A stretch of DNA of 64,000 nucleotides from an uncultured Eubacteriales bacterium (GTDB taxonomy: Bacteria; Acidobacteriota; Aminicenantia; Aminicenantales; Aminicenantaceae), in contig CAZIDF010000005.1 of assembly GCA_964538085.1 (NCBI GenBank), forward strand, positions 154,395 through 218,394. The letters run 5' to 3'. A program made the translations under genes and the position numbers. The notes under the pieces were generated by a model. The model saw only the letters and a list, made by a program, of their open reading frames with translations, did not search any database and was not told where the DNA came from. This document shows positions 27,150 to 35,867 of the stretch, one piece after another (position 1 is the first letter of the stretch; the number at the start of each line of letters is the position of its first letter).

Positions 27150-28148
27150 CTACCATCTGATGGCCGCAGAGGCCCATGTGTATCCTGACCCGAATGCTGT
27201 CAACATGATCATATCACCCGGTTTGATTCTTCCTTGTTCGAGAGCCTCATCCAATGCAATCGGGATAGAGGCAGCTGTTGTGTTTCCGTAGCGTTCTATG
27301 TTCCTGATGACCTTTTCGACGGGAATCTTCAAATTCCTCGCCACCATCTGGCTGATCCTATCGTTCGCTTGATGGGGGATCAGATGATCTACTTCTTCGA
27401 TGGTCATATTATTTTGATCTAATGCAGCACGCACAGCTTCCGGCATTTTGACTATAGCTGTTTTGAAAACATTCCGCCCGTTCATGGTGGGAAATAGCTT
27501 TTTATCTGTTATCATGTCCATTGAAAAGCAGGGATGATCCTTGCAGCTTGGCCTTTGCATCCACAGATCCTCGATATAATTTCCATCCGAAAATAGATGG
27601 GTGGAGAGAATGCCTCGATCTTCATCGGAGTTGCCTGGTTCGATGATCACCGCTGCCCCTCCGTCTCCAAACAGCACAGCCAAATCTCTTCCGTCATCGG
27701 AATAATCCAGGTTGGCCGATTGCTTTTCTGCTGCCACAAGGAGAATTTTCTTATAGGTTCCCGTCCTGATGAATTGGTCTGCAACAGAGAGGGCGTAGAT
27801 GAAACCGCTGCATTGGTTTCGGACATCGAGAGCGCCGATATTTTTGAGTCCGAGTTTCGCTTGAATGAGAACACCTATACCTGGAAAGTAGTGGTCTGGA
27901 GATAGAGTTGCCGCGATGATGAAATCTATTTCAGATTTGTCGATTTGGGCGTCTTCAATGGCTTTCAATGCTGCTTTATAACCAAGATCAGAACTTCCGA
28001 TGCCAGGTTCAGCATAGTGTCGTTCTTTGATCCCGGAGCGCTGTTGGATCCATTTGTCCGAAGTGTTCATTTCCTTTTCAAGATCGAAATTCGTGATGAG
28101 CTTTGGAGGGATATATCGGCCAGTCCCGGAGATTATAGATCTATTCAT
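27150..28148 (-). CDS. fabH: 3-oxoacyl-[ACP] synthase III (FabH)
   Basis: MNRSIISGTGRYIPPKLITNFDLEKEMNTSDKWIQQRSGIKERHYA, the active-site Cys context (NQCSGFIYAL), and the C-terminal His/Asn region (HQANDRI...GNTTAASIP). Confidence 0.85.
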   Translation of the reverse strand: MNRSIISGTGRYIPPKLITNFDLEKEMNTSDKWIQQRSGIKERHYAEPGIGSSDLGYKAALKAIEDAQIDKSEIDFIIAATLSPDHYFPGIGVLIQAKLGLKNIGALDVRNQCSGFIYALSVADQFIRTGTYKKILLVAAEKQSANLDYSDDGRDLAVLFGDGGAAVIIEPGNSDEDRGILSTHLFSDGNYIEDLWMQRPSCKDHPCFSMDMITDKKLFPTMNGRNVFKTAIVKMPEAVRAALDQNNMTIEEVDHLIPHQANDRISQMVARNLKIPVEKVIRNIERYGNTTAASIPIALDEALEQGRIKPGDMIMLTAFGSGYTWASAAIRW

Positions 28149-28269
28149 AATTTTGACTCCGCAAATATAATATACTCTATAGAAAGGGAAAAATAAAGCT
28201 TAGAAGACCTTGACTCTGGAAGATTGAGGGGGTACCATTTTATTCGCTAGCTTTGTTCCAGGAGAGTGT

Positions 28270-28767
28270 ATGAGAAAAACCGCTGTCGGGCTAATGATTA
28301 TCGTGCTGTTCTTCTCGGGGGGAATGGCGCAAGAGGAAGCGGATTGTTTAAAAGTCAATGCATCGATAAGCCCGAGATACCTTTCAAGAGGACAAGAAGG
28401 AAAAGTCGTTCTAAAAGTAAAATTAGCCGAAGGGATCACGATCAATCCCTTGCCGTCGTTTATTATCGAATGCGATACATCCTATGAGCTTATTTTCCCC
28501 AAAAATTTTTTCACGGCTTCCGATCTAGAGATCGAAATAAAAGAGGAGAATGGGGATGAGTATTTGTATCTCGATAAGGCCATCGAAATTCCTTTCACCG
28601 TTAGCTTGGAAGCGAAAAGAGGGAACCACTCGGTTTCTGGAAGGATAAAATATTTCGCTTTCTCCGAAAAAGATGGGTGGTGCCTCAAGAGCACATCGAA
28701 ATTTTCGGCCTCATTCTATACGCGAAGCACCATGGTGAAGAAAGATAGCTTTCAGAGCCAGCCCTGA
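28270..28767 (+). CDS. Hypothetical secreted protein
   Basis: Signal peptide MRKTAVGLMIIVLFFSGGMAQ. No recognisable motifs. Confidence 0.3.
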   Translation: MRKTAVGLMIIVLFFSGGMAQEEADCLKVNASISPRYLSRGQEGKVVLKVKLAEGITINPLPSFIIECDTSYELIFPKNFFTASDLEIEIKEENGDEYLYLDKAIEIPFTVSLEAKRGNHSVSGRIKYFAFSEKDGWCLKSTSKFSASFYTRSTMVKKDSFQSQP

Positions 28768-29777
28768 TCGACATACCACTTCAAGGTTTCTTGCAGCCCT
28801 TCTTTGAGGCTATAACGGGGAGAAAAGGACAGGAGTTTTTCTGCCTTCGTCGTATCGGTGAGCCAGCTCTTTTGCATGATAAGTTTGAGTTTGTCCCTAT
28901 TAAGATTGCTGGGTTTTTTCGTTATCACTGCCGCCCATTCTAAAACCAAGGCTATCATTCTCAAAAGAAATGGAGGTAATCTGATCGTCAATAGCTTTTT
29001 CCCCACAACTTCTCCTGAGATTTTTCCGAATTCATCCCATGTGACGTGGTGAGGATCAGCGATATTGATGATTTCCCCTGATTCGATATCCTTTTGGATA
29101 CAAAGATCGATGGCGTTGATAAGGTCCTTGATGTAGCACAAGTCATACCAACTCTCCCGCGACGCATGGGATACAAAGATCCCTTTTTTGACTGATTTGA
29201 AGTGGGGGAGGAAATCTTCATCTCTGGGACCATAAACAGCTCCCGCCCTGATGATGACAATCGGGAAGTTCTTTTTGAATTCGAGGGCTTCTCTTTCACC
29301 GAGGAGTTTGCTTTTGCCATAGGCAGAAACAGGATGGGATTCATCGTCTTCCTTCACAGGATTTCCATCCAGAGACGGGCCGGCAGCGGCCGTGCTACTG
29401 AGAAAAAAGACCTTTTTTGGTACGATGTTCTGAGCACGCAATGTCTGAAAAAGACTTGCTGTCCCATGTTGGTTTACTGTATAATAATCTGCTAATTTAT
29501 GAGCTTTGGTTATGCCTGCAATGTGGAAAACGTAGTCGATGTTAGAAGGAAGAGATGGCATTGAAAAAAGATCTCCTTTCAGAAAGTGGATATCCATGCC
29601 ATTCAGCCATTTGAGGTCGCTTAAATCCCGAACCAGTGCGAATATTTCTGCGTTTTTTTCATCTAACAAGTGATTGACAAGATGGCTTCCGATGAATCCG
29701 GTCCCACCGGTGACCAAAGCTTTCATAGGAAAGATTGTATGAAAAATGCTGTGGGGCGTCAAACTTATTTCTTTCAC
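28752..29777 (-). CDS. NAD-dependent epimerase/dehydratase-family SDR (candidate SDR-type L-threonine 3-dehydrogenase)
   Basis: Rossmann motif VTGGTGFIGSHL and a YxxxK catalytic region. The likely true start is the ATG at 29726 (MKALVTGG...). It lies divergent from a KBL/SPT-family gene. Confidence 0.6.
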   Translation of the reverse strand: MKEISLTPHSIFHTIFPMKALVTGGTGFIGSHLVNHLLDEKNAEIFALVRDLSDLKWLNGMDIHFLKGDLFSMPSLPSNIDYVFHIAGITKAHKLADYYTVNQHGTASLFQTLRAQNIVPKKVFFLSSTAAAGPSLDGNPVKEDDESHPVSAYGKSKLLGEREALEFKKNFPIVIIRAGAVYGPRDEDFLPHFKSVKKGIFVSHASRESWYDLCYIKDLINAIDLCIQKDIESGEIINIADPHHVTWDEFGKISGEVVGKKLLTIRLPPFLLRMIALVLEWAAVITKKPSNLNRDKLKLIMQKSWLTDTTKAEKLLSFSPRYSLKEGLQETLKWYVDQGWL

Positions 29778-29841
29778 CGGAATGGCTATCGGCTGGTAAC
29801 GAATAACGGTTCGCCTTCATTATATAGACGAGGAGGAAACT

Positions 29842-31026
29842 TTGGGAATTTTTGATAAAAGTTATGAATTTACCAGGGCCGATGAAGCCATTGCGATGGG
29901 CATATATCCGTACTTTACGCCGATACAGGAAGTCTATGGCAATAAGGTCAAAGTGGATGGGAAAGAAATAATCATGATTGGGTCAAATAACTACCTTGGC
30001 CTGCTAGACCATCCCCAGGTGAAGAAGGCTGCAAAAGATGCTGTCGATAAGTATGGAGTTGCGACATGCGGTTCAAGATTCCTTAACGGCACTCTCGATA
30101 TTCATGTGGAGTTGGAAAAAAAACTGGCCCAGTTCATGAAAAAAGAAGCGGCCCTTACCTTCAGTACGGGCTTCCAAACGAATCAAGGCATCATTTCCAC
30201 GCTCATATGCAAAGGAGATGCTGTCATCACAGATAAGATGATTCATGCCAGCATCATAGATGCCTGCCGACTTTCATACGGGGATGTGTACAAATACAAA
30301 CACAACGATATGACTGATTTGGAAAATAAGCTTTCATCGATCGGAGGTGAGGTCAGCAAGTTGATCGTTGTGGACGGCGTATTCAGCATGGAAGGAGACC
30401 TAGCCAACCTGCCGGATATCGTCACGTTGGCAAAAAAATACAATGCGAAAATCATGGTCGATGATGCTCATGGTATAGGAGTGATGGGAAAGAATGGACG
30501 CGGAACAGCGGAACATTTTGGAGTGGAGGACGAGATCGACATTATCATGGGCACTTTCAGCAAATCTTTTGCCTCTCTTGGAGGTATGGTCCTCGGAGAC
30601 AAAAGAGTGATTTTTTACATAAAGCATTTTGCCAGATCATTGATTTTCAGTGCCAGTATCACGCCTGCTTCGGTCGCAACAGTTTTAGCTACGCTTGAAA
30701 TTATCCAGAAAGAGCCCGAACGCAGAGAACGGTTATGGAAAATCACCAAAAAGATGAAATCCGGTTTTGAGGCCATGGGCTATGACACTGGACCTACAGA
30801 AAGCCCTATCATCCCTGTTTACTTACGGAGCGATGAACTTGCTTTCATGTTATGGAATCTATTGAGGGAGAACGGTATTTTCGCGAACCCTGTTGTTTAT
30901 CCAGCTGTTCCACAAGGAGAAGCTTTGATCAGAACGAGCTATTCCGCTAGCCACTCTGATGAAGAACTCGATACAGTCCTTGGAGTTTTTGAGAATTGCG
31001 GAAAGCAACTCGGTATCCTCCGGTGA
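29842..31026 (+). CDS. Class II PLP-dependent alpha-oxoamine synthase (2-amino-3-ketobutyrate CoA ligase / BioF / serine palmitoyltransferase family)
   Basis: PLP-lysine motif GTFSKSFASLGG, plus DDAHGIGVMG and Gly-rich motifs typical of Kbl/BioF/SPT. It is 394 aa long. Confidence 0.75.
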   Translation: MGIFDKSYEFTRADEAIAMGIYPYFTPIQEVYGNKVKVDGKEIIMIGSNNYLGLLDHPQVKKAAKDAVDKYGVATCGSRFLNGTLDIHVELEKKLAQFMKKEAALTFSTGFQTNQGIISTLICKGDAVITDKMIHASIIDACRLSYGDVYKYKHNDMTDLENKLSSIGGEVSKLIVVDGVFSMEGDLANLPDIVTLAKKYNAKIMVDDAHGIGVMGKNGRGTAEHFGVEDEIDIIMGTFSKSFASLGGMVLGDKRVIFYIKHFARSLIFSASITPASVATVLATLEIIQKEPERRERLWKITKKMKSGFEAMGYDTGPTESPIIPVYLRSDELAFMLWNLLRENGIFANPVVYPAVPQGEALIRTSYSASHSDEELDTVLGVFENCGKQLGILR

Positions 31027-31039
31027 TACATGGCATCCT

Positions 31040-32848
31040 ATGATGATAAATAAACTCAAAATATTTCTATCTATGATCCTGTTTGTGTGTGGATTTGGAT
31101 GGTCTGAAAATTTTTCTGTATCTGTTCTTCCGGTGAACCAGATCGAAGTCGGCATGAAAGGAAAAGGAAAAACTTTCCTCCAGGGTGACCAGTTTGAAGA
31201 ATTCGAGGTTGAAATTCTCGGCGTGATGCACAATTGGCAACCCAAAAGGAATTTGATTTTGGCCAAACTCCACAGCGATGTGTTGGACAGGGCTGGTGTG
31301 GTAGAGGGGATGAGCGGTAGTCCTGTTTATATCGATGGCAAACTCATCGGAGCTGTTTCATACTCTCTGGGAGCTTTTGCCAAGGAAGCGATTGCCGGGA
31401 TCACTCCGATCGAAGAGATGATGGCTATTCCCGACAGAACAAGCCCTGAATCGAGCTATGCGCCAAGAATGCAGATGAGAAATTTTATAACCTCTGAAGA
31501 TTTTCAAGAATTGAGCAAGGCTTATTATCCCTCACAAGCTTCGAGCGTTGAAGGGCATTTGGTCAAACCTTTGAGCATTCCCCTGTTATTCAGCGGATTT
31601 TCATCCCATGTCTTCGATGAAGCCAAGCCTTTTTTCTCCCGTTTGGGATTTTCGCCGATTCAGTCCGGATCCTCAGGTCAGATTCAGCCAAAAATTTCTC
31701 CTGCTGAAATGAGCCTTCAGGCTGGAGAACCGGTTGCAGTCCAGCTAATAAAGGGAGACATGGACATGGCTGCTGTGGGAACGGTAACCCATGTTGAAGG
31801 CAACAAAGTTTTGGCGTTCGGACACCCGTTTTATAATTTGGGCGCCGTTGATTTTGCCATGACCAAAGCCAAAATATTTGCTGTTCTTCCAAGTCTCGAG
31901 CGTTCGTTCGTGCTATCGGCCAGCGACAGAACAGTGGGACGTTTCGTGCAAGACAGAAATTCAGGTGTGTTCGGCGAGCTCGGAAAATTGCCCCGATACA
32001 TCCCGATCAATGCCAATCTTCTGACTGCCGATGGCGAGACGAAAGAGTTTAAGGTGCAAATCGCCGATGATAAACTGTTCACTCCGCTTTTAGTGAATTT
32101 AGTGGTGTCAAGCCTTGTCTTATCTGAAGAAAGAAATTTTGGGGATCTATCTCTTGAATTGAAAGGGACCATTTATCTCGATGACGCTCCTCCGGTCCAG
32201 TTGCAGGATCTCTTTTCCGGGAACCTCGATATGGCAGCCACCGATCTATCTGGCATTGTAGCCGCGGTGGTTTATTATCTGAGCAACAATGAATTCAAAG
32301 AGTTGGGCATTCATCGGATCGACCTCAATATCGGTATCGCGGAGGAATTGAGGTTTGCCACTCTCGAGAAGATTTGGCTGGGAAAGTATGAAGCAAAACC
32401 TGGCGAGATCATTCCCATGAAGGTCTATTACAGGAATTTTCGAGGGGAAACCATTGTCGACGAGCTTTCCCTCCCTGCACCGAACCTGCCTCCTGGTTCG
32501 GAATTCAGTCTTGTGGTAGGGGATGCGGCATCTATACAGAGTATCGAGGTCAGTCAATACAGGACATCAGGTTTTGTCCCCCGGAGTTTGGTTCAGTTGA
32601 TCAGGTTATTGAATAGCTTGAGGAAGCGAAACTATATTTATTTCAAAATTATTGCCGCTAAACCAGGGCTCTTTTTAAGAGGCGAGGAGTTGCCGAATTT
32701 GCCTCCCACGATGAAATCCATGTTTTCATCTCCACGGGCAGCTTCAACACCACCTGTCGAGATCACGCGATCGACACTGGGCGAGTACCGGCATGGCATC
32801 CCCTATGTTTTTAGTGGCTTGGCCGTGATTCCGCTTAAGATAAAGTAA
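31040..32848 (+). CDS. Secreted protein with an S55 (SpoIVB)-like serine-protease motif
   Basis: Signal peptide MMINKLKIFLSMILFVCGFGW. GVVEGMSGSPVYIDGKLIGAVSYSLG resembles the SpoIVB/trypsin-fold catalytic-Ser strand (GMSGSPI). The placement of a His upstream is atypical. The six-frame ORF 30959-32848 overlaps kbl and was trimmed to the ATG at 31040. Confidence 0.35.
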   Translation: MMINKLKIFLSMILFVCGFGWSENFSVSVLPVNQIEVGMKGKGKTFLQGDQFEEFEVEILGVMHNWQPKRNLILAKLHSDVLDRAGVVEGMSGSPVYIDGKLIGAVSYSLGAFAKEAIAGITPIEEMMAIPDRTSPESSYAPRMQMRNFITSEDFQELSKAYYPSQASSVEGHLVKPLSIPLLFSGFSSHVFDEAKPFFSRLGFSPIQSGSSGQIQPKISPAEMSLQAGEPVAVQLIKGDMDMAAVGTVTHVEGNKVLAFGHPFYNLGAVDFAMTKAKIFAVLPSLERSFVLSASDRTVGRFVQDRNSGVFGELGKLPRYIPINANLLTADGETKEFKVQIADDKLFTPLLVNLVVSSLVLSEERNFGDLSLELKGTIYLDDAPPVQLQDLFSGNLDMAATDLSGIVAAVVYYLSNNEFKELGIHRIDLNIGIAEELRFATLEKIWLGKYEAKPGEIIPMKVYYRNFRGETIVDELSLPAPNLPPGSEFSLVVGDAASIQSIEVSQYRTSGFVPRSLVQLIRLLNSLRKRNYIYFKIIAAKPGLFLRGEELPNLPPTMKSMFSSPRAASTPPVEITRSTLGEYRHGIPYVFSGLAVIPLKIK

Positions 32849-32880
32849 AATGAGGCCGACTCTGAATAACTGGAGATGAA

Positions 32881-35037
32881 ATGAAAAAGACAAGAATATC
32901 GATTGTTTTGTTCCTGCTGGCAACAGCTCAAATGCTGCTAGGCGTAATCCCTCAGAAGTGGGAGTTATATAAAATTGACGATTATCTGGCCGGGAAATTC
33001 GATGGGATATCCATTTCTCATGAAGGTTTGCTTTCTTTAAGCCCAAAAGTAGAGGACATCGAAGGGCCCACTGAGGATTTTTATCTTTCGCTTTTGATAG
33101 CATCGGATGGAACCAAATATCTGGGAACCGGACATAGCGGGAAAATTTATAAAGTCAGCACAAACGGACAAGTAGAGCTTTTTTGCCAAATGCCTGAAAT
33201 GGATATTTATTGCCTCATACAGGAGCGAAACGGGAATTTGTATGCCGGCACTTCACCCAATGGCCAAATCTATAAAATCAGCTCACAAGGAGTACCGGAA
33301 CCTTTCTTCAATCCCAATGAGAAGTATATTTGGGATTTGATGTTTGCGGAAAACGGAGCTCTTCTTGCTGCTGTCGGTGAAAGCGGGGGGATCTATCAGA
33401 TCAACGATCAAGGAGAAGGGATAAGAATCTTGGAAGCAGAGGAAAACCATATCCTTTGTATGGCAAGAACGCCAAATGACGGATTGATTGCGGGCAGTGG
33501 TGGCAAAGGCGCCATATACAGCGTTGTCCCTGGGAAAAAAGCTACCATTTTGTTCGAGTCTTCCTATGAAGAGATCAAAAGCATTGCCCTGGATGGTCAG
33601 GGCAATATCCTTGCGGCAGCAGGGGGGAAGGTGGTCGAGCCGAAAAAGAATGCAACCTCCCTTCTTCCGGACACACAGGCCACCGAGATCACAGTTACTG
33701 CGACGCCTTCGGCCTCTTCGACAAGGCAATCGGTGGTTTCGGCAGACAAACAGCCCGGTGCGATATACCGGATCGATCCTGATGGATTGGAAAAAAAATT
33801 ATGGTCATCTGATGAAGAGTTGGTCTATTCTTTACTTTGGGATGAACCAAGAAAAGCGATCGTTTTTGGCACGGGAAACAAAGGCCGGATTTATGAGATC
33901 GATGCCGATGAGAAAATCTCATTACTTCTGCAAAGGGAATCTGAACAGGCCTATTATCTCCTCGCTCAGGAAAGAGCCTTTTATGCCTTGTCCAATAACC
34001 CTCCCAGATTGAGTCGCATCTCTCCTGAACAGAGGTTTGATGGGGAGTACCAGAGCCCTGTCATGGATGCCAAGTCTCTTTCCAGGTGGGGAAGAATTGA
34101 GTGGGAGGCTGAGCTGCCGACCGGAGCGATAATCCTTTTTCTCACAAGAAGTGGGAATTCTGCCGAACCCGATCGAACCTGGAGCGATTGGTCACCTCCT
34201 TACCAGAAAGCCGAAGGAGAGCAAATACTGAGCCCGAAAGGTCGTTATTTGCAGTTCATGGTAAAGCTCAAGACTGAATCTAGCCGGATATCTCCAAGTC
34301 TCAAAAAGACCACCCTTTTCTATCTCCATTACAATCTTCCTCCGTCGCTGACAAAGCTCGATCTGCTTTCCCCGAATGAAGTTTATTTGAAACCCCTGGA
34401 TCAGGATGATGTTATATGGGGAGAGAGGATCAGTTTTTCCGATCAAGCCTTAGCCCAAAACGATTCAAAGATCTATATGACTCCAAAAAAAATCGAGAAA
34501 AAGGGGTATCGAACCATAACCTGGGATGCTCTTGATGAAAACGGTGATAGCCTCCTCTATTCTGTTTTTATCCGTCGAGAAAATGAAACGAGTTGGAGAG
34601 TGCTCGAACCGAAATGGGCAGATAAAATTCTCGCTTTCAACACATCCCAATTTCCTGATGGCATATATTTTGTCAAAGTGGAAGCTTCCGATTCCCCATC
34701 CAATCCGAAGGGAACGGATATGAAAGCGGAGAAGATCAGTCGTCCGCTGGTTATCGATAATTCTCTTCCAGTCATCAGGAATTTTCGGGCAGAGAAACAA
34801 AATAATCAATTGTCCATATCCTATACTGTTGAAGATGCCAATTCCCATATCAAAGAAGCGAAGTTTCTGATCGTTCCGGATGATTGGCAAGTTGTATTTC
34901 CTGAGGATGGGATATGTGATTCGAAAAGCGAAACCTTCCGGTTCTCGGTAGTGCTTCCTCAAGGCGCGGATAACCTGATTGTCGTGCAGGTGATGGATCG
35001 GCATGGGAATATCGGGATCTACCGCTCCACCTTCTAG
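32881..35037 (+). CDS. Secreted protein with a 7-bladed beta-propeller-like repeat region
   Basis: Signal peptide. Seven repeats of G..G.IY.[IV] at about 40-aa spacing (GHSGKIYKV, SPNGQIYKI, ESGGIYQI, GGKGAIYSV, ..., QPGAIYRI, GNKGRIYEI), followed by a region of about 350 aa that is probably beta-sandwich domains. Confidence 0.45.
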   Translation: MKKTRISIVLFLLATAQMLLGVIPQKWELYKIDDYLAGKFDGISISHEGLLSLSPKVEDIEGPTEDFYLSLLIASDGTKYLGTGHSGKIYKVSTNGQVELFCQMPEMDIYCLIQERNGNLYAGTSPNGQIYKISSQGVPEPFFNPNEKYIWDLMFAENGALLAAVGESGGIYQINDQGEGIRILEAEENHILCMARTPNDGLIAGSGGKGAIYSVVPGKKATILFESSYEEIKSIALDGQGNILAAAGGKVVEPKKNATSLLPDTQATEITVTATPSASSTRQSVVSADKQPGAIYRIDPDGLEKKLWSSDEELVYSLLWDEPRKAIVFGTGNKGRIYEIDADEKISLLLQRESEQAYYLLAQERAFYALSNNPPRLSRISPEQRFDGEYQSPVMDAKSLSRWGRIEWEAELPTGAIILFLTRSGNSAEPDRTWSDWSPPYQKAEGEQILSPKGRYLQFMVKLKTESSRISPSLKKTTLFYLHYNLPPSLTKLDLLSPNEVYLKPLDQDDVIWGERISFSDQALAQNDSKIYMTPKKIEKKGYRTITWDALDENGDSLLYSVFIRRENETSWRVLEPKWADKILAFNTSQFPDGIYFVKVEASDSPSNPKGTDMKAEKISRPLVIDNSLPVIRNFRAEKQNNQLSISYTVEDANSHIKEAKFLIVPDDWQVVFPEDGICDSKSETFRFSVVLPQGADNLIVVQVMDRHGNIGIYRSTF

Positions 35038-35168
35038 CCTGCACTATTTATAAAAATTGTCGATTCCATTTTTCAATAAGTCAGATTAAATTTTTAAACC
35101 AAAAGAAATTCTAAAAATCGACAATTTTTACCCTGCGGGCGAGCCAATCTTACTGCATTGACTTCATC

Positions 35169-35209
35169 GTAGCCCATTCGCAGTAGTTTACTACAGCTTC
35201 ACGGGCTAC
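35169..35209. repeat. Nested hairpin in a convergent intergenic region
   Basis: GTAGCCC at 35169-35175 pairs with GGGCTAC at 35203-35209 and encloses an inner GTAG-TTTA-CTAC hairpin. It lies between the 3' ends of the propeller gene and efp. Confidence 0.3.
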
Positions 35210-35303
35210 ATCTTTGCCACTACAGCAATCTTAACTCGTAAATAGTCCAGTCCATACCTTTATGTTAGGGTGGGGTGGGTTGGCGTGGGGAGGGTTGGCC
35301 AAG

Positions 35304-35867
35304 TTATTTGGTAGCGCGCTCGAGGTAGGAGTCATCTCTCGTATCGATCCGCACGACATCTCCCTCTTTGATGAACTGGGGAACCGAGATCGTGATTCCT
35401 GTTTCTAATGTGGCAGGTTTGTTACTGGCCGACTGGGTCGCGCCTTTAAGGTGAGGTTCGGTTTTTGTTACTTCGAGTTCGATGGTCAACGGTGGATTCA
35501 CACCCACAGGTTTTCCCTCGAACATCTCAATGGAAAAGGTGATATCGGGTATGAGGTAGTTGACCGTGCTGCCCAAAATATCGGAGGAGAGCTTGATCTG
35601 TTCGTAGTTATCGAGATTCATGAAGATGTATCCGTTTCCTTCTTGATAGAGGTATTGCATGTCGATCCCCTCGAGATAGGCCTGTTCCACTTTGTCTTTA
35701 GACCGGAACCTGATGTCGTGCAAGGTCGAATCGCTGAGTCGCCGAAGTTTGGTTTGCATCAGAGCTTGTCCCTTGCCCGGAGTAACGTGGGTTGTTTCAT
35801 GCACTTTATACAGCTCCCCTTCCCATTTTATAGTCATTCCTTTTCTGAGTTGAGTTGCGTTTATCAT
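35304..35867 (-). CDS. efp: Elongation factor P
   Basis: MINATQLRKGMTIKWEGELYKV...VTPGKGQALMQTKLRRL carries the conserved modified-Lys loop (PGKGQA), and the protein is 187 aa. The six-frame ORF extended to 35981 and was trimmed to the canonical start. Confidence 0.85.
   Translation of the reverse strand: MINATQLRKGMTIKWEGELYKVHETTHVTPGKGQALMQTKLRRLSDSTLHDIRFRSKDKVEQAYLEGIDMQYLYQEGNGYIFMNLDNYEQIKLSSDILGSTVNYLIPDITFSIEMFEGKPVGVNPPLTIELEVTKTEPHLKGATQSASNKPATLETGITISVPQFIKEGDVVRIDTRDDSYLERATK

Noticed and set aside
29842-31026. Firm call of serine palmitoyltransferase, implying sphingolipid biosynthesis
   Set aside because: Kbl, BioF and SPT cannot be separated by motif inspection. The divergent GalE-like SDR partner is at least as consistent with an SDR-type threonine dehydrogenase plus KBL pair. 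It is left as a family-level call.
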